In this document: positions 1 through 11,703 of the stretch, piece after piece
Position numbering within the stretch: position 1 is the first letter of the stretch
Layout of the letters: each line of letters opens with the position of its first letter
Source of the DNA: Tubulanus polymorphus
Taxonomy: Eukaryota; Animalia; Nemertea
Length of the DNA: 64,000 bases
Assembly: GCF_964204645.1 (NCBI RefSeq)
Contig: NC_134028.1
Location: 23,494,345 to 23,558,344 of the forward strand
Reading direction: 5' to 3'
Made by a program: the position numbers and the translations under genes
The notes under the pieces: model-generated
What the model was told of the DNA's origin: nothing
Databases searched by the model: none
The model's input: the letters and a program-made list of their open reading frames with translations, nothing else

Positions 1-354
1 AGCAGAGAGGATGGATCAAACTTGTTGGTACAAGTGACGCGTAAGCCGGAATCGTAGGTCGTCGACTATGGAGAGGTCGTGGAAATCCGGACACAAATCT
101 GGTCCATATCAAACATTTGAGCCGCTGTCTGAATCTGCTCGAATATGAATTACCGGATTGCCGATGACACGCGTATTACTAAGGCTTATATGGCTGATTC
201 TTAAACGCGTCAAGTCGAGTACAAGATGATTCTTTTTACTGAATATGGGCAGAACAGCCGAATTCCATTATCACAAAAAATATGAACTGCTGTCTGTAGC
301 AAATAGACTGAATAAATGAAAAATCTTAAAAATCAACTGAGGCAAGTTGCTCAT

Positions 355-447
355 AATAATGATAATTATAATAGTAATGATAATACAATAATATACTAAT
401 ATGTGTCTTATATAGTGCTAAATCCATCGAAGCTGCTCAGAGCGCTT
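355..447 (-). mobile_element. L2-clade LINE/SINE 3' tail remnant
   Basis: Minus strand reads AAGCGCTCTGAGCAGC...TTTAGCACTATATAAG followed by an (ATT)n-like tail, matching the known L2 3' stem-loop pattern AAGCGCT...GCGCTATATAA. Confidence 0.55.
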
Positions 448-1620
448 AAGTTGGTTGGAGTTAGCTGTGGACAAATGCTTCAACTTCAACTACTGTTACT
501 GGCATATTTGTTACCATTATTCGAGCAACCATGACCTCTGGCGCTACCAAGAATAAGTATTAACTACAGGAGTTTGATCGGAACTCAAACACCAAAATGA
601 CTTTATTCTTGGATCTTGTTGATCTTTTTGATATTGAAATAACGACAAACTTCCCTATTATTGATTTGATGATTGATTTTTAGATTCAACTATACTTATT
701 TGGTTTTTCCTATTTACAATACATTAAAGACGATTTGTTATGCACCTCAAGACCTTCCCCTACCCGGGAGTGCGCTCATGGATACAATTCACTTTGAGGA
801 CCTCTGTTATCAAGCTTGTGTACTCTGGCTACTTTGTCCTTGTTTCTAGATTATTGCGCAGCTTACGTTTCGTCTCGTTTGACGATGATTTCACCAGACA
901 CTGGACCCGTGTATATAATACTTGTGACATTTATACCCGGTTTTTCTGCTGCTTCGGAACCGACGCCGGCGCGAATCGAAACCTCTCACAGGCTAATGAC
1001 AGTTTATCTCTGCAACAAGTAGGATTTCGATACTATCATCATCTGCTGTCCACATCATTCGAAGAGACAAACCGAAACAAAGAGCTCGTGATAGGATAAA
1101 AAGTATTGATAACTCTCGAAAATCTACAAAGTACATGATGCTGAACTTAATCCGTTGACGGCAGAAGCTTAGTTTAGTTTAGTTTATTTGACGAACCCAT
1201 CAATTAGATACAAGCAAGTTGCAAAGAAACAATATGAGCACGTCAGGGGTACACAAAATACTAAGGATTGTCAAAGTTGAACCCCTGCTGCATAGATGAA
1301 TACAAATTCTAAAGTACAAAAAGCGGAAGAATGAGCGACAGTGACGAGGGTCTAGCAGTGACTATGATGATATCAAAAATAAAGAAGTATAAGTTGAGAC
1401 ATACATCTTGCTTACTTCAGGTGATAACAAGAAAGGAGGTTGAGTGTGGTTAATGCAGTTTTTGTGAGAAAGCTTCGCTGGAACCGAAAGCTATATCAAC
1501 AGTGATTGTTTTATTCTAGTATGTGAAAGGCTGATTAAGGAATCGAAAAAAAGGCTAGCCGGAAACCGCTGCTCGCGAAAACCAGCCTTTTTCTTATTCG
1601 TAAGTCCTGTGGTGGAAAGT

Positions 1621-1918
1621 TAAGCCCGTGACAGACTAGACGAATCGGTTTCTGATTGATGATTACTCCATCAGATGATTACTCCAAGCACGAACCAAGC
1701 ATGCTAGATAGTATGACCGCGAGTTTTTAATCAGGGATTATTAATTTAGCTCAGTCTATCACCTGCAACGAATAAATTCAGTTACAATATGCTATGATTG
1801 ATTTTAGTTCTAATAAATAGATTCGTTTGTCATCTGTTAAATTCTGTATAATAGTGGGTTTTAAACTTAAACCGTGAATGCTTCGTCGAAGAAATTCGCC
1901 TAGTCTGTCACGAGCTTT
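1621..1918. mobile_element. MITE with ~24-bp terminal inverted repeats (PIF/Harbinger-like ends)
   Basis: Left end AAGCCCGTGACAGACTAGACGAAT pairs with right end ATTCGCCTAGTCTGTCACGAGCTT; TAA/TTA context; no coding capacity. Confidence 0.65.
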
Positions 1919-2619
1919 ACTGTGACGTGGTTGTGTGTTTGTGTGTGTTGATGAAATTTAGCCGTTAGTAACGAGTGACATTTTTTGTGATTTCTTGTTT
2001 TAATTGACACGAATTACGAGTCGCGCGCGCGCTCGGATTTTAAGTCGTCCATGAAACTACAGCCGCGGTAAATATCGGTTGATGATGTTAATTATCCCCC
2101 GTGTACGCCTAGGCTGATTAATAACAATTTGTCGCCCGGAGAATATTTCTATTCGTGACCTAGTTTACCACTTCAGAAATACTCGCGTTCGATGCCGTCA
2201 GTCTAACAACATAAGATTTTTTAGATGGACATTGATTGCTCTTAAAGGATGACACACCTAAACAATTTGTGCCAATAGTACATTTTAACGCCGTAAAAAC
2301 CGTTACGATAATGATAATGTACACGCGTATACATTGATGGCCAGTATGCATAGGGGTTCTGTGTGAGTCGATGTGCACTACGTCATCGATATTGGGGTTT
2401 AAAAATAGCAATTATAATTGCGAATTTTGGCATTTATTTTGATGATCATGATTATCGATTATTTTGGAGAGGGTGTGTACTACGTCATCAATATACCGGG
2501 CTAGACTGGTTGCCGGTCAATTCAATTCAATCATCGGTATCCAAATCAAAAGCAACTCTATTGATCTTTAATGTTATTTTTTTCATCGTCGACAGTATTG
2601 AGTGATATATGTGTTTAAC

Positions 2620-2710
2620 GAATAAAACCCACAGTTACTTCTGTAAAAACAGTTTATTGCCTCACAGTTTCGAGGTTCAAACTAAACCTCATCTTCAGAG
2701 GAACAAAAAA
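2620..2710 (-). repeat. Dispersed Penelope-like terminal repeat with hammerhead-ribozyme-like core, copy 1
   Basis: Near-identical to 9063-9152. Minus strand: CCT-CTGAAGA-T-GAGGTTT-agttt-GAACCTC-GAAA-CTGTG-AGG. Confidence 0.55.
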
Positions 2711-3149
2711 TACAATAATGATGTTAAAAGTCAACTCTACGCTGAGATTTACATCAGTTCACTGCTGTCAATGTATGTGTTATTTTCAAGGCGTCGATAA
2801 ACTTTCAAATTAGTTTTTTTTTAATGTTAGAGCTCATTTCATCAAACCAACCAGCTAATACAGTCGCATTTCTATCGAGGGAAGGATAATTGTTTTTATA
2901 ACGATTTCGCAGGCATGTCACCGAGAAGAGTTCAGGTATTTTAAGCACTCAGTGTTTGTTTGCTAAGAAATGACAAAACCGTGCTTCATGAAAACTAAAT
3001 TGAAGTATCTTGTCGATACCATTCCTTCGTGTATACACTAACCAAAGTACGTTGTTTGCTAAAACGTTGTTCAAGATAAAGCTTTGAACATCAGCCGTTC
3101 TAATGATATCCTTGTTGGGCTGTGGCCTCTATTCCTGGAACCTCGGGCA

Positions 3150-3262
3150 ACTGGACCCAGTTCCACAGTTGTGAGTTAGAGTTAACTCTGAGTTGAAATC
3201 AGTTTATTTTCAATGAGTCAACGAGTAAATCTTAACTCAGAAAACTTTGGAACTGGGCCCTG
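3150..3262. mobile_element. Short MITE (GACCCAGTTCCA...TGGAACTGGGCC) flanked by CTG, copy 1
   Basis: Terminal inverted repeats; an inverted copy of the same element lies at 62825-62938. Confidence 0.75.
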
Positions 3263-4181
3263 TAGTCTTTGGGCAGAATTGAGGAGTTTAAAAAATAGCG
3301 CTTCGTTCGTCCGATGCTAAAACGAAGATTATGTTCCTCGCCGTTATTTTTTCCCATGCTCGTCTGCCATAAAGATACCGTTATGTTTACCGACACGGAT
3401 TCGTGGAGAATCGAAGCGGGGCAATTGTTTAAACACGTAAAACCGCTAAACAGATATTTACCACGGGAAAGAGCGCGTGATAGGATCGGTTTGAACACGG
3501 CAATTGATGACATTTGCTAGCACTAAATTTCTGCGGGTCGAGGATCTTAGTGCGAAGAAGTTTGGATATTACCACATATCAATCATCAGTCGGACGCTCC
3601 GAAGATTCATATTTCAGTACGACAGCGATCTATTTTGATTTACCCGAACTTCGCGTGTATCGGTACCATCGATTTCCCCTGAGGGAAAGTCGAGAATGAC
3701 GGCGTACATCATCTGCACTTAGCATTTTCTCCATTGTCAACTATCAATGCTATTACTCACTGAGTTTAATTCATTTCCGACGGCCCCGATACACTTTTAA
3801 TTAAATAAGACCCAGTAAAATGTCGTTCGTTAAATAGAGAAGAAAGGCGAGTTGACGAGCAGCGATCGGATTGTTGCTATACCTTTCACATTTTCGCGAT
3901 CGTTGCTCGATTTAATCAATGGATTTCTTTTTTCTTAACATCTTGCGATCCGACGTTCTGTGTGTTTAGTCGACGCGAGTTAATGCGCGATTACACGAAT
4001 TTATTTCCACTCCTGGAAAAAGTGAAAAGCTCTTTCAATGTCTAGAAGAATTGCCTTCTCAAATCGTTGTAATTGTAATGTATGTATTTGCATTTGAATT
4101 GTATACGCGGACTAGCTACGTTTTCTGATGTAAAACGTCATCGTGAATGTAGATTTTATTTCGTTGAGATAAACGACGATG

Positions 4182-4351
4182 TAAAGCCGAACGCACACGA
4201 CGCAGGGAAACACAGAAACTCGGAAACAAACATTTCGAAAACATAGAAGTTTCCCGAAACCACGTTTCTCGTTTCTCGTGAACGCACACGACACAGGGAA
4301 ACATGTTTCTGTCTTGCGTGTTTCCCTGTGTCGAGTCACTTCATCGGCTTA
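4182..4351. mobile_element. Palindromic MITE with internal CACACGAC.CAGGGAAAC repeats
   Basis: TAAAGCCGAACGCACACGACGCAGGGAAAC ... GTTTCCCTGTGTCG..TCGGCTTAA. The element explains the spurious ORFs at 4112-4339. Confidence 0.6.
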
Positions 4352-5163
4352 ATGAAAACCTTAAATGTAACGTAAAAAGGCTTTCTGATCACTGAAACAT
4401 TTATTCCATCCGACAATACTATCGAGTCGCCAGAACGTTGCATATATATCTTCGAAATACTTTTTTCTTTTTCTACGCAAGTAGGGGTAGATAACTCTTG
4501 TAAGCATCGATCAAGAACTATATCTTTATTGAGCTCATTACGGCCGCCGGTTTTCCATCGAACCGTGCATAAGTACTGACATAGCGGCCGAGGATTCACT
4601 CAGTAAGTTATGAGACGTTTTTATGAATTCAGACATGAAATCGGATTATCGCTGATGAGGGGTATGATTCTATTGCTACGGATTCGTCTATTTTCTCCGT
4701 GCACAGTTATTTGGCTTTAGTTGGAAAATGAATCCCGAATTCAGGATTCCGATGATTGTAGAGATAATTGAAGGTTATTGGGCAATATACTATTTACTGG
4801 CTAGGAAATTGATGACTGACATCCCGATATGTATTGGATTACAAGCGAATTTTGCACGATGCAGTCTCTCGAAGCAAAAGCGATTATACGAGAAAGGCTT
4901 GTCTACATGCCATCTAACGGACAATAATCCACAATTTTCATTATGAGATTCTATACATTTATTGGGAGTCGAGACATAGATGTATAACTTACATATAAAT
5001 AAATTCGAAAGTATCAAGTACAAAGTTTGTATATAAAAAGACCACATTATTAACGATCACCAAACAACCAAAACCCCGAGGTTTTCTAACAAATGTCTGA
5101 AGATGGATACATAGACCGACACTAGACTAATTGATAGCAATATCTAAAGTGAGCCGCATATAT

Positions 5164-8100
5164 TCAAAAATCCCCTTCGAAAATATCTAATAGCATGAGT
5201 TCAGCTGCATACGGGTTATCTGCTGGAACCTATAAAACAAATATGAGAAAAAAATGTTAAAATCATTCTATTCATTCCAGAGGTTTTTGGTTACTGGACG
5301 TATTTATCACTGACCTCGTGGCCTGAGTTCAGAATCCAGTACATAGACAGTTTATCATAGCGTCTGACGAAAGCTACAGGATTTGGAGTTTTCATCAACG
5401 GTTTTCTGGGTGTATTCAAGAAATTCGTAATGTTCGACCATTTCAAGGTACTCATCCATTTTTCTGTGCCTGTTCATCCATCAAGTTATCACATTTATAT
5501 AGAAAACCATAATATTAACGATGGACACCTTAAAAATCTGTTTCACTTAAGTTAAGTGATTTAGTCAATATAAGAAAGAAAGAAATCTCCGAAGCTGCAG
5601 AGAAGTAATCTATCAAAAACTTCGGCGAAACAGATTATTACTAGTTGTTGTTCGCTACTAGTGTGGCTAGTCAATATATGGCTCAAAATTTATTTCAAGC
5701 AATCATGTTGCAGTCGCCAAACATACATTCAAATAAAAAGTTTTACTAAATTCACTTACCGAGGCAGGTTATGACAAAATCGAGTTGTCCGTTGTAAACG
5801 GTGACATTTACGTTTGTGTTATTCAGTAGGTATTCCACTGAAAACAAAGCGTAGCATTAAAGTGAAAAACCAACAATAAGATTTAAAAAACTAGGAGAAT
5901 CTGACGATTCGACGCGAATCTATAAGCCATTTTGTAGTTTTTAGTTTAGCAAAAGAGGCAATTATAGTAAAGAATCGATCAAGTACACATCGTCACTTCG
6001 TGGGCTCTTCCCAAGCTTCATTAATGGGTCGTCAATTCAACCAACAGTCGTACGATTTTCAAGAATAGATACCTTCGCCATCTACCGGTATCATGGTATC
6101 GCTGATACTGAGTGCCAGATTTACAAACATTGTAGCTTCTGAAATATAAACAAGATGAATACCAATCTTTGGCCCAAAAATGACCTCACGAAACCATCCC
6201 CTTTTTACCTACCGTTCCAGATTCCTGCTTGGTCCGGAATCTTCAACAAATGCTTGATCTTGTCGTTCATGAGTCTTCGCAAGGTTGGATACGTTTCTAA
6301 AATAGATATTTCACAGTGAATTCTGATAGGCATTGAAGAATATTTATCGAAAATATTTTCATAAGCCACCTGTGAATAACATTTACTTTGTAAACATTAC
6401 AAGGTGGCGTAATAGGATCAGATCCATTACGTACTTGTCCGTGAATCCCATGTTAGAATGTTGTACGCATCCATACCCGGGGGGTAACTTCCGAAAATAG
6501 GTGCGGTCAAATTTGACGCTAATTCCATCTCCCCATTATCATAAGCGGTTTTCACTTTCTGAAAATCTTCGGCAATGAACTGCTTTTGTTTTGCATCAAT
6601 AATCGACTGCAAATGAACGGTTTAACGATTTTAAAGATAAAATGATGAAGCACGTCTTAATCCAGAGTTGATGCTTAACATTTCTGACTTACGGTTGCGT
6701 GAAGGAAATCGCCATACGTCGAAAACGTATCGATGAGTTTAGCCGCTGGTCCTCCGAGCACTATTTCAACTAGATTACAATTCAAAACCCCCTTCTCAAT
6801 CGCCTTCAATGATGAAAGAAGATGCTCGACATCATTAAAAGGCCGGTTTGATCGATATCTTTTTCACTTCGTTTCATTCTTCACTGATTCCAGAGATATG
6901 AACGAAATGAAAAAGTTAAATTGGAAAAAAATAGGGAATGTTAAGGAAACATGGCGTTTGGAAACTGTAAAAGGGCTTATTGATCATGAAACTATATGAA
7001 AACGTAAGCGTTGTGCGGAAAAACCTCGGCATATCAAAATATGCGATACTTGCCAGATGCATAGCTTTTGCTAGGAGAGGTACAACTTTACCACCATATG
7101 ATTCCCCGAAAAGATACACAGGGACTGTCTGAAAGTGTGTATTGTTCGCAAAAAACTGTTTCAGCAGGACGAGTAGATCATCCACCATGTCGCTTGTCGT
7201 TTGCGCCAGAAGGCCGTTGTGGTTGACGTAGCTGAAGCCCGTTCCAGCCGGTTGATCGGTGAACAAAATATTCGCGTAGTTCACCTAGAAAAAAAATATC
7301 ACGATTCTTCATACAAAACCATTTCAAACCTTATTCATTAATCAACTGTTGAACTGTTGCGATACTCAACCCAGGATGTTTTACGTTTACGCAAATGCAT
7401 GTCGTACGGCCCGATTTCCACAAAGTTGCCAATACCTATACCGGATTCCCCGGGGCCTCCCTGTAAAACAAATATAAAACATCATTCAAGGCCGAGTAAC
7501 CTTTAGGAAAACCGTTTTACCTAATTCTTAGTTAAGTTCACCATATTTGAATATAGAATATTGAGATATTCTTAAGCAATTGAACATTTTTAGGTTCTCT
7601 TCTTTTTGTGGTGGAAAATGATGCACCAAAACAGACGTCCCTGAATAGCGTTCATCTCACCTGGACCCATATTATCAAGGGTTGTTTATCGGCTGGACCG
7701 GACTTGGAAGTGCTATCATAGAGCCACCAAAATAGGAACGCACCCGGGCGAACTTCGGAGTAACCCCATTTAGAGTTCTTGATGGCCTCGCTCGCCGAAA
7801 CCGGTTCATTCGTTTGGAAACACAAATGAGGTTTCAATACTGAAATGAAGGCACGAGCTGAAAATCATTTATTTCTTAGTGTGATATCATAACAAAACCG
7901 TGGTGGAATCCTTGGTGTTCGCACTTCTAAACCAACAAGGCGATATAAATTTGATTTGTATCGTAGAACGATTTGATTTTTCTGAAGAATGGCTATATAT
8001 TCGTTTCTCGTTACCTAAAAAGTATAAACAAAGTGCAACAACGACAAATATCAATATGCTGAGGACAAGACCCGCAAAGAAACTGCAACAGCAACGCCAC

Positions 8101-8331
8101 GGGCTCGACTTTTTGTATCTTGTTCTAACGTCGATATCTTCACCTTGACCATCATTTTGAGACCCTCTTCCATCGCCCTGATATGCCAGATTATCAAATG
8201 CCCTGCCCTAAAAACGTACGTGTAGTTTACAACATTACAAACATCAATCGATCACTTAGAATATTTTGCTCAATCGAAAAAAAAGTTATTTTTTCAATAA
8301 TCTACTCTGAAACGAAAATCCGACTTACCAT
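5164..8331 (-). CDS. SCPEP1: Serine carboxypeptidase S10, retinoid-inducible (RISC/SCPEP1-like), multi-exon, with N-terminal signal-anchor
   Basis: Spliced exons give WGYSEVRPGAFLFWWLY, PLIIWVQ|GGPG, GIGNFVEIGPY, DQPAGTGFSY, nucleophile GESYGG, NGQLD and YWILNSGHE|VPADNP. Start is ATG|gtaagt at 8331; TGA at 5164. Confidence 0.88.
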
Positions 8332-8599
8332 GTTGCCTATATAGATTTATGTGTCTTGAGAATTGAATAGAAAATTACTAGTTTGTCTTTTATGAATTAT
8401 TTGCGACATTTATAGCCTACACGATCCCTCGAGGTATTTCATTACGTTCGCAAACTAAAAACCGGTTTCCTTTTATCTGCTTGATCCTGTAACATTACCA
8501 TGCATTACCAAATCGTTGGGCGAACGGTGAAATGCTATATTAATTGAACTTTCAATTCGGGGCCGATTATGACTTAGTCTTATTGTAAAACGTGGATGT

Positions 8600-9591
8600 A
8601 CTTATTGGCATATTCTCTCCCGAGGAACGATGACCCAGTTCTGTAAGGGGCGTTTCCGCTAGTATATCCGGCATGAACCATACCTAGGTGGTCCATAACA
8701 ACCCCGGCTCAGAAGCAACGTCCGACAAGTAAAACAAAAAAAAAACTAATTGGATGAGATAACTTTATTCATCCTGACGGTATAAATTATACATATATAT
8801 AATAAAGATATTTATTTTATTATCTATCTTTATTTTGTTTGCACTGAAACCCATAACAGGTGTTAGAGGGACAACACACAATTCACAGAGTTAATAACAT
8901 GAATCCGAATACGAATACGAATATTTATTACACTCCAACAATTTCCATGGTATATGGAGGAGAAACAATATTTACAATTATTTACAAAACGGGAAATAAA
9001 AGTGTTTTAAAACACAACAAACGTTATATACAACGTACTATTTACAAGTGCTAAATTCTAACAAATAAAACCCACAGTTACTTCTGTAAAAATAGTTTAT
9101 TGCCGCTTACAGTTTCGAGGGTCAAACTAAACCTCGTCATCAGAGGAACAAAAAAAACACAAAAAATGCCTCATGCAGTTATGCTGCTATTTTAATTCGT
9201 ATAAACGTTTAATAGATTTAATCAAGGCGATAAATGTATACATGCACGACCTTATCGATAGTTAATCAAATCATTAAGATTTATATCTATGAATGATATA
9301 TACCTGAAGAGAGTTCGTAACTTGGGCACTCTACTCACGGGGAGGCTATTACTGTTATTTTATTCCCGCATGTGATATCATTTGCCGATAAGCAGCAATA
9401 ACAGTAGATCGAATTGCAGTCTGAAAATTTAAAAAGAAACATATATTTAGGTCATGTATAAAAATATTTGGTCATCGATTACAAATAAAAGGTAAACATT
9501 ATTAAAGATGTTGCTGAATACTTACATTTTAGCAGATGAAGATTACGAAGCCAAGGATCAGATTTAAATTTCGACCAGTAAGATTCTGCAT
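8600..9591 (-). pseudogene. Decayed paralog of the adjacent Ly6/uPAR gene
   Basis: Exon 1 MQNLTGRNLNLILGFVIFIC*, exon 2 CNSIYCYCCLSANDITCGNKITVIASP*VECP and exon 3 LLLSRGCYG...*...NWV all align with the 10020-10718 gene, each with an in-frame stop. Left boundary approximate. Confidence 0.72.
9063..9152 (-). repeat. Penelope-like terminal repeat with hammerhead-like core, copy 2
   Basis: Minus strand CTGATGA-C-GAGG...CCTC-GAAA-CTGTA; paralogous to 2620-2710. Confidence 0.55.
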
Positions 9592-10019
9592 TCTGACAGT
9601 TGAACCTAGTCCGGGATTCACGACGCAATGATTGGGAAACGCGAAGGCCGTTCACGTTTTATAAAGTCCGAAAATCATAGAACCATGAACTGATAATGGT
9701 GTCAGCTCTTCCATATTCTACTCATTTATCTGCACAGACTGAGAACTTATCTAACTTGTCTAATCCAAAAAACATCGCAAAATACAATTTCGAAAACAAG
9801 ATTTGAAAATGGACGAAGACTATCAAAATTTTTATTTATCTATTAAGCAAACAAGAATTTGCGCAACACAAAACATAAAACATATAAATTATAATTTCTA
9901 TAAGAAAACATAAAACAGCAATAATGATTTATTTCTTAATAACTCTTAAAAGCTAGGATTAATTCATTCTTTATTATAATCATCTGCAACTACAGGTTTT
10001 TTTGTGGTACATATTTAGA

Positions 10020-10718
10020 TCAAAAGAAACGCAAATAAACAAATATGAATAGAATAAGAGACATGATGGTCGAGGCCGGTTTTAAGGATCTAGCATTGTT
10101 ACATCTGTCCGCGTAATCGCAACATGATCCGCTCACCCAGTTTGATGCCAATGATTTCGCAGCAACCTCCGCCTCACATATCATCTTGTTACCAGTGCCG
10201 CAGCCCCTTGAAATGACCTCCTTGCCGCCAACCTTGCGAATATTGATCTACAAATTTAGAAAAACATTCGATGCAGTCATTTTCACTGATTTCCAATAAA
10301 GAGAGTTTCAATTTCAATATCAATTTATTTCATAAGAAAGCATGTTGTAAGAATATTTGCAAACAGAACAAAAATAAACTTAAGAAGGTTTATTAAGAAT
10401 GATTTCGAGAGAGAGTGCGTTACGTTTCCGTATGTATGCATCTATTGGTCTCGTATTTACCTGACAGGAGAGTTGCAGGGCATTGCACGTCACTGTGTCA
10501 GACGCTAACACCGTTATCTGATTTCCACACGCGATATCTGTATCCGATGAACATTTGTAGCATACAGTTCCATTCGAATCTGAAAATTCGACAGTAAAAT
10601 TACGATTAAGATTTCCGATAGTCACAATTATGCTCAGTAATTAAACAAGGCTTTTTCTATTTTTACCTTGCACAAACGAACAGAAGATGAAAATTAACGC
10701 TAAGAAAATATTCTGCAT
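10020..10718 (-). CDS. Ly6/uPAR three-finger (quiver/sleepless-like) GPI-anchored protein, 3 coding exons
   Basis: Signal peptide MQNIFLALIFIFCSFVQ; CYKCSS..CGN..CN..SCQ | ISRGC..IC..SCCDYADRCN; hydrophobic GPI-type tail IMSLILFIFVYLRFF*; canonical splice sites. Confidence 0.85.
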
Positions 10719-11703
10719 GATTCTCGCCTTAACCAACTCGCAAATACGACTGATCACTGATACCTTTTACGCAACCACGATATCTATATATCTATGTTAA
10801 CAATGAGAATCTCGAACTATTTACTTGCGTTTTACTTTCATATCAAATATTCTCGTGGATAGCTTGACCTCATTTATCGTACTAAGTATTTGCGCTAATT
10901 CCAGGTATTGTAAAAACCTCGTACACGGTATGTTCAATAAGTTCATGTTTTAGTCTTTGAAAAATCCTTTATTCCCGTGTCTACGCAGTATCGGGGAGTT
11001 TTCTACTTGGCAAGCGAAAGTAGACACTCCTTTTGTTAAATTCCTAGACAAATCTAGACGTGGAATGATCAATCATTGAGAAATAAAAAATTTCAACTTG
11101 TTTCAAAAATGTTTTTTATTGAATGTTTTTCTTTTCTATTCTTGCACTATTCCAAAGAGCTGCCTTTATTCCAAGAGAAACCACCGCCCCACGATACAAA
11201 CGACACGTATATATGATAAATCCTCACGAAAGTTCTCACGATTTTGCAGACGATACGTAATTATCAATTCACATTAAAGGCCACGAAAATTCTAGCTTAC
11301 TTTTTCCTCTGCGTTATTATGGGCGGTAACTGGTACGAAAATATTTAACACGAAATAACAGCTAATAGCAATAAATAAGCGGACAATCTATGGGTTAGTG
11401 ACCAAAATTATTTGCTTTTGGTTATTCTATTTGGATTGAGGCTCAATCTTGAATGAAAATATCGTAATAGACATCATTACCATCTATCACCAAAGCAGCA
11501 GTTATGTAATTACAGTCAGATATAATAAGTGTAATATATGATCCGCTAATAGAATAAGCCACGAATTTTCCTACGTATCTGTCATCTGATATTTAGGAAT
11601 TGCAGGACAAAGTACCAGGCTCGTGTAAGCTTAATGATCGCCTTTATCTAAGAAAATGTATGATGTCTTTATTTCTCGAAACAAAAAATTGTTCGCTTTC
11701 AGG

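Noticed and set aside
1-1130. ORFs 740-1099 and 816-1022, and exon-like minus-strand blocks at 1-293 and 820-1123
   Set aside because: No recognisable motif, and all three minus-strand frames hit stops. Possibly UTR of a gene outside the window, but this cannot be supported.
9330-9345. In-frame TGA in the Ly6 paralog as possible selenocysteine
   Set aside because: It is not at a Cys position, and the other exons contain TAA/TAG stops.
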